NCBI GenBank assembly: GCA_003693705.1
Contig: RBZT01000959.1
Coordinates: forward strand, 1 to 64,000
Direction: 5' to 3'
Source: Polymyxa betae A26-41
Lineage: Eukaryota; Protista; Endomyxa: Phytomyxea
Length of the DNA: 64,000 nucleotides
Positions within the stretch are counted from its first letter, which is position 1, and each line of letters opens with the position of its first letter. The notes under the pieces were generated by a model that had not been told where the DNA came from, made no database searches, and saw nothing but the letters and a program-made list of their open reading frames with translations. A program made the position numbers and the translations under genes. Positions 1 through 11,012 of this stretch are shown here, piece after piece.

Positions 1-12
1 TAATCTCCCCAG

Positions 13-245
13 AGTTGCCACCCGTACCATAATCCAAAAATGACAAAAGATTTTTCAAAAATGACAAACCCTAATCCAAAAATGACACATTAAAAGGTCT
101 TTTAATACTTCCAAAAATGACAAACCCTAATCCAAAAATGACACATTAAAAGGTCTTTTAATACTTCCAAAAATCACAAACCCTAAGGGTTTGTCATTTT
201 TGAAAAATCTTTTGTCATTTTTGGATTATGGTATGGGTGGCAACT
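13..245. mobile_element. Foldback/MITE-like element with ~60-bp terminal inverted repeats and internal ~56-bp tandem repeats
   Basis: 13-72 (AGTTGCCACCCGTACC...GACAAACCCT) is the reverse complement of 186-245 with 1 mismatch. The internal unit CCAAAAATGACAAACCCTAATCCAAAAATGACACATTAAAAGGTCTTTTAATACTT occurs twice. TCCCCA lies on both flanks (6-11, 246-251), a possible TSD. Confidence 0.8.
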
Positions 246-287
246 TCCCCATACAAGGGCCACTATAAAAAGGGCTGCTCTCTTATA

Positions 288-1186
288 CTCCCTCTGTCCG
301 GTAATAAATGTCCGATTCCGTTGTTATGCTTTGTCCGAAAATAAATGTCCAGTTCCATAATTGCTGAAAAATGCTGTTTGTTGTTGATTTAAAAGCATTT
401 GTTCAACATTTTCAACCAGGACAGAATCACACGAGATCGACAGAGGCAGAGAGTCGGCTCTGTCGAGCTGATCTTTCGGTGTATTATTTTTGATTTTACA
501 TATATTCCCGTCATTGACTTCCATTGCGCTCATCAGGCACTGCTGCAAGGTTAGAAATATATAATCAAGCTTACGTTCATCTACTGCGCTTGTTGGAGTA
601 CTGATCTGTGCAGCCCAGAAATCTGATGTTTAATCTCGAATTCATCGTCACTTTTTTGACTACCTCTAGATCAAACATGTTAGACTAATGGGCACACTTC
701 CCCTTACGCCTCGAAGATACCACAGCTTAGGGTGACCCCATCAAAGATTGAATGTTGTCGTGTTGCCAGATTGCTCAAAGTTTTAAACGAACAGAGAATT
801 TTTTTATAAAATCTCCAATTGTGCCATTTTGAGTGTTCCATTCTTGTGATGCGATAACAACTGCTCATACACATCTGGACGCTGCTAATCGGTTAGATTA
901 GGTTGTTGGGGATTTTTCCCCGATTCGTGAATGGTCGGAGCTAATCCTGGAAACTTCATTTCACGAGGCCGGTGATTACAAAACATGAAATACAATCGAA
1001 GAGATTCAACGCACAATATCTCAGCGAGCAACGCTCGGTTGAAGCTGAAAATTTCTGCATCAGATAGCCCTGGCCAAACCCTTTCATTTGAGTGCCAAAT
1101 AGAAAGATTCAAGCAAAGATTGACCTTAATCCCTGGACCTTTTAAATTCTTTTTCCTACCGGACATTTATTACCGGACAGAGGTAT
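288..1186 (-). mobile_element. Non-autonomous (internally deleted) Tc1/mariner element with Stowaway-type termini
   Basis: 27-bp TIRs CTCCCTCTGTCCGGTAATAAATGTCCG (288-314) and 1160-1186 (25/27 match), with TA on both flanks. A minus-strand remnant reads KLDYIFLTLQQCLMSAMEVNDGNICKI...LPLSISCD, like the C-terminus of plant/oomycete DD39D mariner transposases. Confidence 0.85.
324..585 (-). pseudogene. Mariner transposase C-terminal fragment
   Basis: IFLTLQxCxxxxMxxxxGN motif inside the TIR-bounded element. No intact DDD core is visible. Confidence 0.7.
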
Positions 1187-1693
1187 TAATTATGAGAACT
1201 CTACCTACGGGTACACAGAATCAGGCTGATTTGTGGATTCCGCAAATTAAGATCCCAAGGCGATTTAGGCCCTCAGGACTGCATAGATTCCATATAAATT
1301 TAGGCAACCGGAACGAGAGCCTGAATCATAGAATGACATTCAGGACCAGATTATGTGCTGCCCATCCATATTTGGTAGTTTATTCCAGATTGCGTTGATA
1401 GAGACTATAGATGAAATTCTATACCAATAGCGACATTAATACTGGAAATCGGTTAAGATTATTTGAATGCGAAGTCCGTATCACAAGGTCTCAAATCCCC
1501 GCATAAATCATGAACATCATTATGGGACCATCTGTTACTAACAAGGATTATATTTAGAATTGTATTATTGACTCTCTGTCTAACAATGTCAGACCCAATA
1601 TATACTTTCAAGCTGATACAATATGAATCCTATCTCGACAGATTCCTTGACAATAATGTTATGATACATACTTTGAGCAGTAAACATGAAGAT

Positions 1694-1767
1694 GTCCGCG
1701 TAACTCAGCCGGTTAGAGTGTTGGTCTTATGAGCCGAAAGTCACGGGTTCGAATCCCGTCGTGGACA
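1694..1767 (+). tRNA. tRNA-Ile (anticodon TAT), intronless
   Basis: Acceptor stem GTCCGCG/CGTGGAC, D-arm, anticodon arm TTGGT-CTTATGA-GCCGA, T-loop GGTTCGAATCC, and a downstream T5 Pol III terminator. Confidence 0.95.
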
Positions 1768-1832
1768 AACCTCGATTTTTGGCTTGAATTCCCAAACATT
1801 TAATTAAATATTGTTAAAGGTTTTTATCACTT

Positions 1833-2726
1833 TTACATCTCAGATACAGGACCTGTTTTAATCAATGCCACTGGATTTGTTATCAGGGCTCTGTTCAAAC
1901 AGAATGGATTCGCAAAACAAATATTCTTACTAAAGAGACATTCTTCAATAAAATCTCCTTCGAGAATTCGCTCTCCTTTGATAGAGAATAAAGCTGGTCT
2001 ATTAGATATGAGTGATTTTGAGAGATCTTGCTGCCATATTGCCCAATTATGTGCCAATTCATGAACTATAGTTTGTCTTGCTGATGTTGATATAAATGCT
2101 TGTTCACTGAGATATATTCGACTTCCACTAATAGATGATAAACCCAATAAATTACTTGATGTTATACCAGAGAATGTATACAACTTAGTTGATGATAGAA
2201 AATCTTCTACTTCCTCAACATCTCTTGGTTTCCGAATCGAAACAATCACATCAAGATGATCGAGAAAATCTCTAAAAGCAGGATCTGCAGCTTCATGAAT
2301 CTCATCACGAGTAAATGTACGAAGACGATTAATACCACCAGTAGTGAATGCATTCTTGATCATATGCATTGACTGATCTAAAAGACCAAATAGATCTTGT
2401 TGCTTATCTGGATGAATCCATTGAGGAAATACAGCTTCTCCTAATAGTATATCATGATTCCATGCCTCCCATATTCGTGTTGCAGATCCACATAAATCAA
2501 TAAAGAATAGCTTCTTCTCATAAGGCATTTCTGATGATTTCTCTAATAATTCCATCTGTTCAAGAAGGCAAGCAGCATCGCTAATATAAATCTCTCTGCT
2601 TTCAGGAAGATATCTCTTCAGAATATCAAAACGATGTCGAATAAGATCGAGACCTCGGTGATAATCATCGAATTTAGAAGACTCCATTTCGATGAATGAC
2701 GGAATATTGCATTTATATGACTTCAT
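1833..2726 (-). CDS. Intronless hypothetical protein with HEXXH zinc-metallopeptidase motif
   Basis: 297-aa uninterrupted ORF containing TIVHELAHNW and a downstream EGDFIEECLF segment (possible third zinc ligand). Confidence 0.7.
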   Translation of the reverse strand: MKSYKCNIPSFIEMESSKFDDYHRGLDLIRHRFDILKRYLPESREIYISDAACLLEQMELLEKSSEMPYEKKLFFIDLCGSATRIWEAWNHDILLGEAVFPQWIHPDKQQDLFGLLDQSMHMIKNAFTTGGINRLRTFTRDEIHEAADPAFRDFLDHLDVIVSIRKPRDVEEVEDFLSSTKLYTFSGITSSNLLGLSSISGSRIYLSEQAFISTSARQTIVHELAHNWAIWQQDLSKSLISNRPALFSIKGERILEGDFIEECLFSKNICFANPFCLNRALITNPVALIKTGPVSEM

Positions 2727-3169
2727 ATACCATGATATTCATGTAAATAGATTGTTCATGCTGGTAATAATTTTTCATGTTCTTAAAGAGAAGTTGGTGT
2801 CACTTTGAATATTGTGATAGATAATAATGATAATATACTACTATGATACTACTGATATTCATAGTACTCATTACTCACTATGTATTATTATATAGATCTA
2901 TGTGAATATGTTATACATCCTACGAATCCTAGTATCAGAATCCCTTGATTGTGATACTGATAATAGAATTCACTATTTACTACTACCTATACTGATATAC
3001 ATTGATATAAATACTCACTATTACAATTTAATATATGTGAATATGTTACATTGAAACCCTTGAACATATCTCCCATACTAAATATATCACTTCTATACTC
3101 CTTATTTGTATATCCAGTATTATTAATTAAGTGCTTTCAGATAGAATTGTCCTCTGTACAGTATTGAAT

Positions 3170-4336
3170 ATGCGACTAATCATTCGACAAGACAAGCAGG
3201 CGGTGGCTCAATATGTCGCCAACTACGTTAAGCAGCGGATCCTTGATTCCAATCCAACTTCAGACAAACCCTTTGTTATTGGCCTACCAACCGGAAGCAG
3301 TCCAATACCAACGTAACTAACATAATTATTATCTGTTTTCATCTTGATTGAATTTCTGTTAGATACAAGTGCCTGATCAATATGTATCAAAAAGGCGAAT
3401 TGAGCTTCAAAAATGTTGTTACTTTTAACATGGATGAATACTGTGATCTTCCTGAGGATCATCCGGAATCTTATGTATGATGGATAGCAATACATTTGTT
3501 TTCTTTAAAATGACTAAAGTGTTCCTTAGCATTCTTTCATGTGGGAGAATCTCTTCAAGCATATTGATATTCGAAGAGAAAATGTTAATATTCTGGATGG
3601 AAATTCAAAGAATTTAGCTTCAGAATGTCAAAGATATGAAGAGAAGATTGAAAGCTATGGTGGAATTGATTTGTAAGACAATTAGTTAATTTCTTTCCAT
3701 GGCTCTAAAGATGAATTAGGTTCCTGGGCGGAATTGGACCTGATGGACATGTAGGCATAATATCTACATTCAGTATCCAATAAATAAGGTTCTGGTTTAG
3801 ATTGCGTTCAACGAGCCGGGAAGCTCTCTAGCTTCAAAAACCAGACTTAAAACATTAGCCTACGACACAATTGTTGCAAACTCTCGTTTTTGTAAGTGTC
3901 TTGATACTGTTATCTTGTATATGGTTGTTAACAATTACTAAAGTCAACGGCGACATCTCCAAAGTACCTAAACGTGCTTTAACGGTTGGAGTACAGACCT
4001 TTTTAAACGCCCGTGAGGTCCTAGTTATCATCACAGGAATATCGAAAGCGTTAGCATTACAGAAATCTATTGAAGAAGGTATCAGTCATATGTGGACTGT
4101 GTATGTCAAATATATCAAAACTAAACAGTTTCATTTAAATATGGATTTGTAGATCTGCAATTCAGCTACATGAGAATGCCATGATTGTATGTGATGATGA
4201 TGCAACGTTGGAATTACGAGTTAAGACCGTCAAATACTTTAAAGGCATTCAGGAAACAGCTGAGCGCTGTGCAGCACCTCAATGTCCACCAAAATCACCC
4301 AAACGTCGTGGTAGTGGTTGCGAAGCTACTCTTTAA
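3170..4336 (+). CDS. GNPDA: Glucosamine-6-phosphate deaminase (multi-exon)
   Basis: MRLII..., [40 protein letters not shown] and EEGISHMWT across GT-AG introns. Confidence 0.96.
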
Positions 4337-4541
4337 AGCAATAAACAACAGTTCATAGAATTTCAAAACTTGTAGCATATGATCGATCCCAAATCCAAAA
4401 GAGACTCTGGATCACCGCGCTACAGCCGATCAATAAAAAAACAAAATCCAGGTCGATTTGGCTGTTTGCGCGGTTTTTACAGAGATTGCAGTTGCATTTC
4501 TATGATACTGAACACTGTAATAATACCATAATAGTATTAGA

Positions 4542-5330
4542 ATGGACTCCGATTCAGCTGATGATCAGTTACTACTCCAGGTAAGATATAACTTCATCAT
4601 TTCTATCATTACTGATTAGGTTCAGGTCAAGACAAAGCGACCAAAGCTTAAGGCGTTTAGCTCAAACTCCAGTTCCGATGACGACGAGCCACTGGCTAAG
4701 AAGCAGAAACCTGTACGTTTTAAAAGCAACCCCCCCCCCCGATGTCATTCTCATACTGGTGGCCAATAGCATGCTAAAAAGCATAATGATATCAAGGTCA
4801 AGAAAGACCAATTAATTGCAGAATCTAACTCTGATGACAATGAACCGCTTGTGAAGAACCAGAAGAAGAGAAAAGAATCAAGGAAGAAATCCCTGCCGAG
4901 TAGCAAGGATGCCAAAGTCAAAAAGGAACGGAAACCAACTGTGAAAAAAGTCAAATCGGATCATAATGGTCCTCCTTCTATTAAAGCCGAGGTCGCTCTT
5001 ATAGCTTTGTCGTCCATATTTTCAACCATTATTTAGGAAGGCGATACGAAGAAATCATCGCGTGTCAAAAAATTGTATGAAAAACCTGGCCAGAAATATG
5101 ACGAACCAAGTCATGTAGGCGTTATTCTGAATGTTTGCATAGTCTATCTTAATCGTATTTAGCTTGACTGTCTTCGACTGTTTTATGAAAGCTTATATCA
5201 TGAAGAAGTTGGGAATCTGGGCAAAAGGAAAGGACCACTATCAATGGCGGAACAATGGTGCATGGAAAGGGGTCTATTTACTCATGACCAGAATGAAATT
5301 TTGTACAAACGCCATATTCGGGCTGCATAA
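4542..5330 (+). CDS. Lys-rich conserved hypothetical protein (multi-exon)
   Basis: Asp/Lys-rich N-terminal part. The C-terminal PGQKYDEP..DCLRLFYESLY...MAEQWCMERGL motif recalls an uncharacterised family known from plants and protists. Confidence 0.7.
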
Positions 5331-5377
5331 TTTAACTTACTGAACTATCAAACTTTGCCATCTGTCTTCCAAAAATG

Positions 5378-7670
5378 TTATTTATTTGCGACGTTTATTT
5401 CGCCCCATATTACATATAGAGTTTGCAATGCACATAAAGCTATCGACGCTAAAACGCCTTGTGATGAGCGTCCAGGATAACTGGAAACTACAGACTCAAA
5501 CAACACTAACAGGCATTGCAATATGCATTTTGCCGTTGAGCTTGGACCCGATGATGATGACAAAAGAATTGTGGCACAGCCTAGAACTGTTACAAGAGGG
5601 ATCTGAATGTTACTTGGAGCCTGCGCTTGCATTGCAATTTGATGCAGAACCAGCGCCGACGAGTGAATGATCGGTAAAGATAACACAGTAGAGAATTCGC
5701 TCAACCTCATCTAATTCGTAATGAGTTGTGCATTCACACCGGGTTGGAAAAATTGCTTACTAAATGGTGCTTACTTGCAATCATCAGTGTCGGTGTGATT
5801 GTGTTATTAGGTATATATGAAAGATCTGAGAAGAATGAAGTGGCTCTTGCATGATTGGCCAAACGAGGATGGCTTAATACCTAATTGTGAACAATCAACA
5901 AATGCAGCAATTGATTGGCATCAATTACATCATCAATACTTGGCCGGTTTTTGCTGTCGAAAGCAGTCAAATTCCTTATTAGATCTGTTAACTCATTCCC
6001 TCGTCTGGCGCCTGGCGGAAAGGACATCGCCAACGATTTAGATTTGAGCATTTGGTGTAGTTGCTCAGGCGATTGAACTGAGGCAGATATTGCATCATAA
6101 GGTCCTTGACCAAATGTCAAGAAATATAGGACGACTCCCAATGAATATCTGATAGAGCATATTAGATATCAAGATCAATATACTTTGGAAGATCACATGT
6201 CGGCTCGATCACCATAATCCGAGTCTTCAAGCAATAATTCTGGGGCGCAGAAAAATAATGTTCCGGTATTGCCTGTGAAACTGTTAAACAAACAAACAAC
6301 AACAATACCATGTTGAATATACCTGTTCTAGGTCGTCGCGTTGCTGCTTTCAGCGTTTCCGATTCGCCAAAATCGGAAATCAGAATTCTAAGAGAACTAG
6401 ATTCTGATACAACATCATAATCAGCATTAAGAAGTAAGTTCTGATTACAGTAAGAGGCAAATAGATAAGTTCGACAAGAATTTTTGGCTACCTCTGGCTT
6501 AATATCTCTATGGATAATACCACTATGATGCAGATGGCGCAAACCCTGTGCAATTCCTCGAAACAGAGACCAAATTTCATGTTCAGTTAACAGCTGCTGT
6601 TTTTGCGTCAGATTAGTGACATAATCGGCGAGATTTCCCATGTTAGCGTATTCCATAAGCATGAACATTACAGGGACCTTCGTAATAGGTAGTGATGTTC
6701 AGAAGTGACATTACTTCTTTCTTACCTTTGGACCGAAATCAGCTGTCTGAGTGATCTCAAGCCAACTATGCTTATAAGCGACAATGTTAGGATGACGTAA
6801 TGATTCCACAGCCCGAACTTCACTGAAATGTAAGAAAGTTAATCTCATTAAACCTCAGCTTAAATTAGTGCACCTTAATACACGATTGAGCCAAGGTCGA
6901 TTATCGCCAACTGGAATCTTCTTACAAGCGTATGTGCCTTTTCTGACATTACTAACAGAAAATACAAGAGGTTTACTTGTAAGTTACCTAACGGGACTCC
7001 ATCTAATAAATGAGAACAAAGATGTACTGATCCATATCCTCCCGACCCTAATTTCCTCGTTTCTGCAAAAAATCGACTGTAATATCTACAAAGACAAACA
7101 ATTCAGAATTGTAAATGTTTTGAAGCAGAATGCAGACCCAGTATTAAATGAGCTCTCAGAGAGATGTTGAGATGGGCTTGTTGTGTCTTCCAATTCAGCT
7201 TGCTCTTCCCTGAGACCGAATAAGAACCTCTAAAATATTGTCTCCTGAACACTACTGTTCGAGCAGATGCATTTGGCCCAGACGAAAGAAATAATCATGA
7301 GCATGAAATAGATTCTGTGAGAAGGCAGTATGATTTACACAAGCAATGATAAATTGATACAGAGCTTACAGATGCGAGAGGAATAGTATCAGAAGCTGAT
7401 GTATTTAAATTACTGTAATCATATAGCGGTCTTAGGCAGAAAGGACAGACATCCCTCGAATGCGATTCTGATTCAGTTGGACTTGGAGCCTATAACATCT
7501 AAGAAGAGCCATGTTGTATGTAGAGAATTACCTTATACACGCTTAATTGTCGAGTATTTCGATTATGAACGACCATGGTCCGATTGGAAGAGTCTCGCCT
7601 ATGTGCCTCTTAATGAATATTCACCCATTATTATCGACAAAAAGCTTAGTACAGGACAATTTCATGTGAT
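5378..7670 (-). CDS. IKS1: IKS1-family Ser/Thr kinase with hydrophobic C-terminus (multi-exon; ends approximate)
   Basis: N-terminal CPFCLR, LGSGGYGSV, KKIPVGDNRPWLNRVL, HPNIVAYKHSWLE, FGPKVP, HRDIKPE and ISDFGES, the IKS1 signature pattern. Confidence 0.8.
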
Positions 7671-8274
7671 GAAGATACGAGGGATTTGGAAGGAGATGTA
7701 GATCTGCTAACAGGAATCAGCTGAAGCTCAGCTGAAAGTACCACATTAATATAACAGCAAATGAGAATGCTGAATCAAATTACCAGAAGCAGAAGATGAT
7801 CGTTGCCGACTTCGTACGATGGCTACATCCAGCGACAGTTCTTCAATACAAATTATGAACTGCATTAATTGGAGAAGCGAGTTCGGTATACCTTGCTGGG
7901 GACCGGGCTTTGCACTTGCTATCCGTCGTGATCGTCGTCTGGGTCCATCATGTGCAGACATAATATGATAGAATGTCACGCACCACTACTAAACATGAAT
8001 GATGAGATATAATATATATACATATAGCTGTATTTATATTGACACATACTCATAAAACCCTCTCTGCTCAGTACTATATTTCTATACAGACACATGATAT
8101 ACCTTAGTACAGTATTCATCTATCTTACCACTCTTTAACAAGATTGAACGCAGTTTCAATATTGTATGAGATTCATGTAATCATGATCTAAAACAACATT
8201 AGACGTCGGTGAATCGGTCAATTTATCAAAGCAGCATTCTCCTTTAATCTGCAAATTACTTTATATCGACGCCG

Positions 8275-9986
8275 ATGCCTAGCAGTATCGGGCCAAGACC
8301 GCCCTCTGAGAAAGCCAAGATTATCGGTGAATATAAAGTTCTGTCTAAGATTGGCTCTGGATCATTCGCTACTGTTTGGAAAGCTGTCCATGTACGAACT
8401 GGGATATTTGTGGCAATAAAAGCTATCAATCGGGAGAAGATACGCTGTCTTGCAAATGGTCTTGAACGATTTGATTCTGAAATAAATGTGATGATGTCCA
8501 TGTGCCATGATAATATCGTCAAGCTTCTTGGTATTCATCGATCACATAGGTTAGTTTGTTATTTTTATCCCATCTTCACATAATGAACGAATTCATCTCG
8601 ATTACAGGCATGTCTATCTGATTATTGAATATTGTGATCATGATCTCTCTGCTTATATTCGTAGTCTTGGACGTCCCTTAACTGAATCCGAAGCTGCTAA
8701 ATTACTTGCAGATTTAGTTGCAGGATTGCAGTTCTTGCACAATAATAATCTGGCACATCGCGATTTGAAACCACAAAATTTACTCTTAACGAACAATGAT
8801 TCCACCTTAAAGATCGCCGACTTCGGATTTGCCAGGTTGATTTTAACTTTAATATCAATGGTCTTGTTGAATTGGAATTCAGGGATACTGGTTCTGAATC
8901 AATGGCTGAAACCATTTGTGGATCACCTTTATATATGGCTCCTGAAATTCTTCGTAATGATTCTTATGATGCTAAAGTCGCTGATATCTGGTCTGTTGGT
9001 GCTATTTTATTTGAGATGCTTACCTGTAAACCACCATATTCTGCACGTAATACCATTGAACTCTTAAGAAAGATTGATTCATTACCTTTACAGGTCCCAA
9101 GGTCCAGTCATCTCTTTTTAATCCCGTATTTGTTTTTTGGCTGAAAATCCCTCTTATAGTTGCCTGTCGACTAGCTGTAGATCAATTATCAATGGATTGT
9201 TAAATCGAGATGCCAAGTCCCGACTGAGCCTCTCTCAGATTCAGTGTCATACATTCTTGAATATTAATCAAATACCAAAGAGTATAAACTGTATGACGAT
9301 TGTTGCTCAATCGTTCTGATGGTTGTATTTAGATTTGTTGACAATTGAACAGGAACAGGAGAGGGTTGATTTGGATGATATCGGATTTTTCAGCTATAAT
9401 GTTGAGGATAATATATCGGAATCGGATATGCAAAAACTGATCAGTTTAGTGTCAGAGCTGGGTGATAATGCTCGAGATCAACCTGAGATTGCATTAGCAT
9501 TATATACAAGATGTATCCAGATTATGGTTCATATGAGACTGAATGTTCGTAAAGCTGCAAGTTCCATCGATTTCCGATTTGATGATTGGATGGGACGACG
9601 AATTGATCAGATTAGTGTTCAATGTCGCAGGTAACCAATTATTATTATGATTATTATTGTCATATAATTTTGTTATACAAAGACTGGTCTTTGGACATCG
9701 TAATTTAACGTCCAGTGAAGACATTGAGGTGAATCTTGAACAATATATGTATGAGAAAAGTCTGGAGATTGCAAGGGAGGCAGCTGTTGGTGAATTAGTA
9801 GGTGAGACCGCAGATAGAACATTAACACAATTAAGAAAGGCAACGTTGCTGTTACAAGAAACATTAAAGCATGTTCAAGATGTAACAGATGCTAGAGCTG
9901 TTCAAGTTCTGCTTCATGCTATTAAAATTCGGATCATGAACCTAATCTCAAAATCATGTATAGATGGTTCTATAGGTGATCGATAG
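8275..9986 (+). CDS. ATG1: Autophagy kinase ATG1/ULK (multi-exon)
   Basis: [45 protein letters not shown], and a C-terminal MIT-like [16 protein letters not shown] region. Confidence 0.9.
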
Positions 9987-10906
9987 ATTCAACCTAAGAT
10001 TCACATAATGCATTTGATTGTTTCAGATCAGGATTAATGCAAAGATTTATCGTCAAACCAAGAGAAAACGATAGTCACTATTATCAACAATTCAAAGTCG
10101 AAATTTTTGTTGAGGGACGTCCATTAATTCTGAAGACAATAATCTCATAATTAGTAAATTACAATTACATGTATGCAATAAATATGTACTACAGTAGTTG
10201 GTATTATTTAGAGTAGTAAACATGACCTGATATACAGACTCGTCATTCTTTCCATAAGAAATGGAACAACTTGATTTCCTTTATTCTTGAATCAAGTCTT
10301 ACGAATACTGCTAGATTATCAGTCCAGGTGTTTGAATATTAACCTAGACCCTAATTATTGCAGATATGGCTGTGATTAATTAATACTTTAGAAGAAATTG
10401 TCAAATGGGTGGAAATTGCAGCGAGCAGTCGTGTTAGTTAATGTTGAAACGAGAGGCTGGAATGTAAATGATGATGATATTGCATATTGATAGGTATGTG
10501 TCTTACAGCTAGTACTATGATCATGTGAAATGTTACATTTAATCTCATTCTATAATACTCGTATGATATTGCATATTGATATTAGTGAGCATGGTGAGAT
10601 ACTTGTGAGTGACCAGGTTGGCCTGTTCCATACCTTTACTGAATACTGATTTCCTAATAAATTATGACACCAGTTAATACTGAATCGTGAACCAGGACAG
10701 GCAGTTTCAGAAATTTGAAATAATACGGTATCGGCACTTAATCTCTATACCTGTACAACTGTTGCATTTTGAATTCCAGCAACTACTAATATAGACTGCC
10801 AAGACAGATTGTATCATATACTCAATGTATTCTTCATATTAATATCAATAAACCTAATAAGCAATATTGATAGTTGAAGGTGAAAAGAAGCCTGAAGAGG
10901 GAATGT

Positions 10907-10914
10907 TTTGGCGC
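10907..10914 (+). promoter_or_regulatory. E2F consensus site TTTGGCGC about 100 bp upstream of CDT2
   Basis: Exact TTTSSCGC match within TTTTGGCGCGCAAA. Confidence 0.5.
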
Positions 10915-11012
10915 GCAAATGTCCATTACTTGTGTATTTATATGAAATAGAACCTGGGAATTGTATTGATAGACAATTGAATATATACCATACTGGACTT
11001 GTCACCTATCAA

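Noticed and set aside
61-190. Repeats as a CRISPR array or a true telomere
   Set aside because: Eukaryotic context, no unique spacers, and the AAACCCT motifs are dispersed rather than tandem.
885-1398. ORFs 885-1166 (-) and 985-1398 (+)
   Set aside because: They lie in or straddle the mariner TIR and show no protein motifs, so they are probably spurious.
4731-4740. Poly-C run
   Set aside because: Simple intronic homopolymer.
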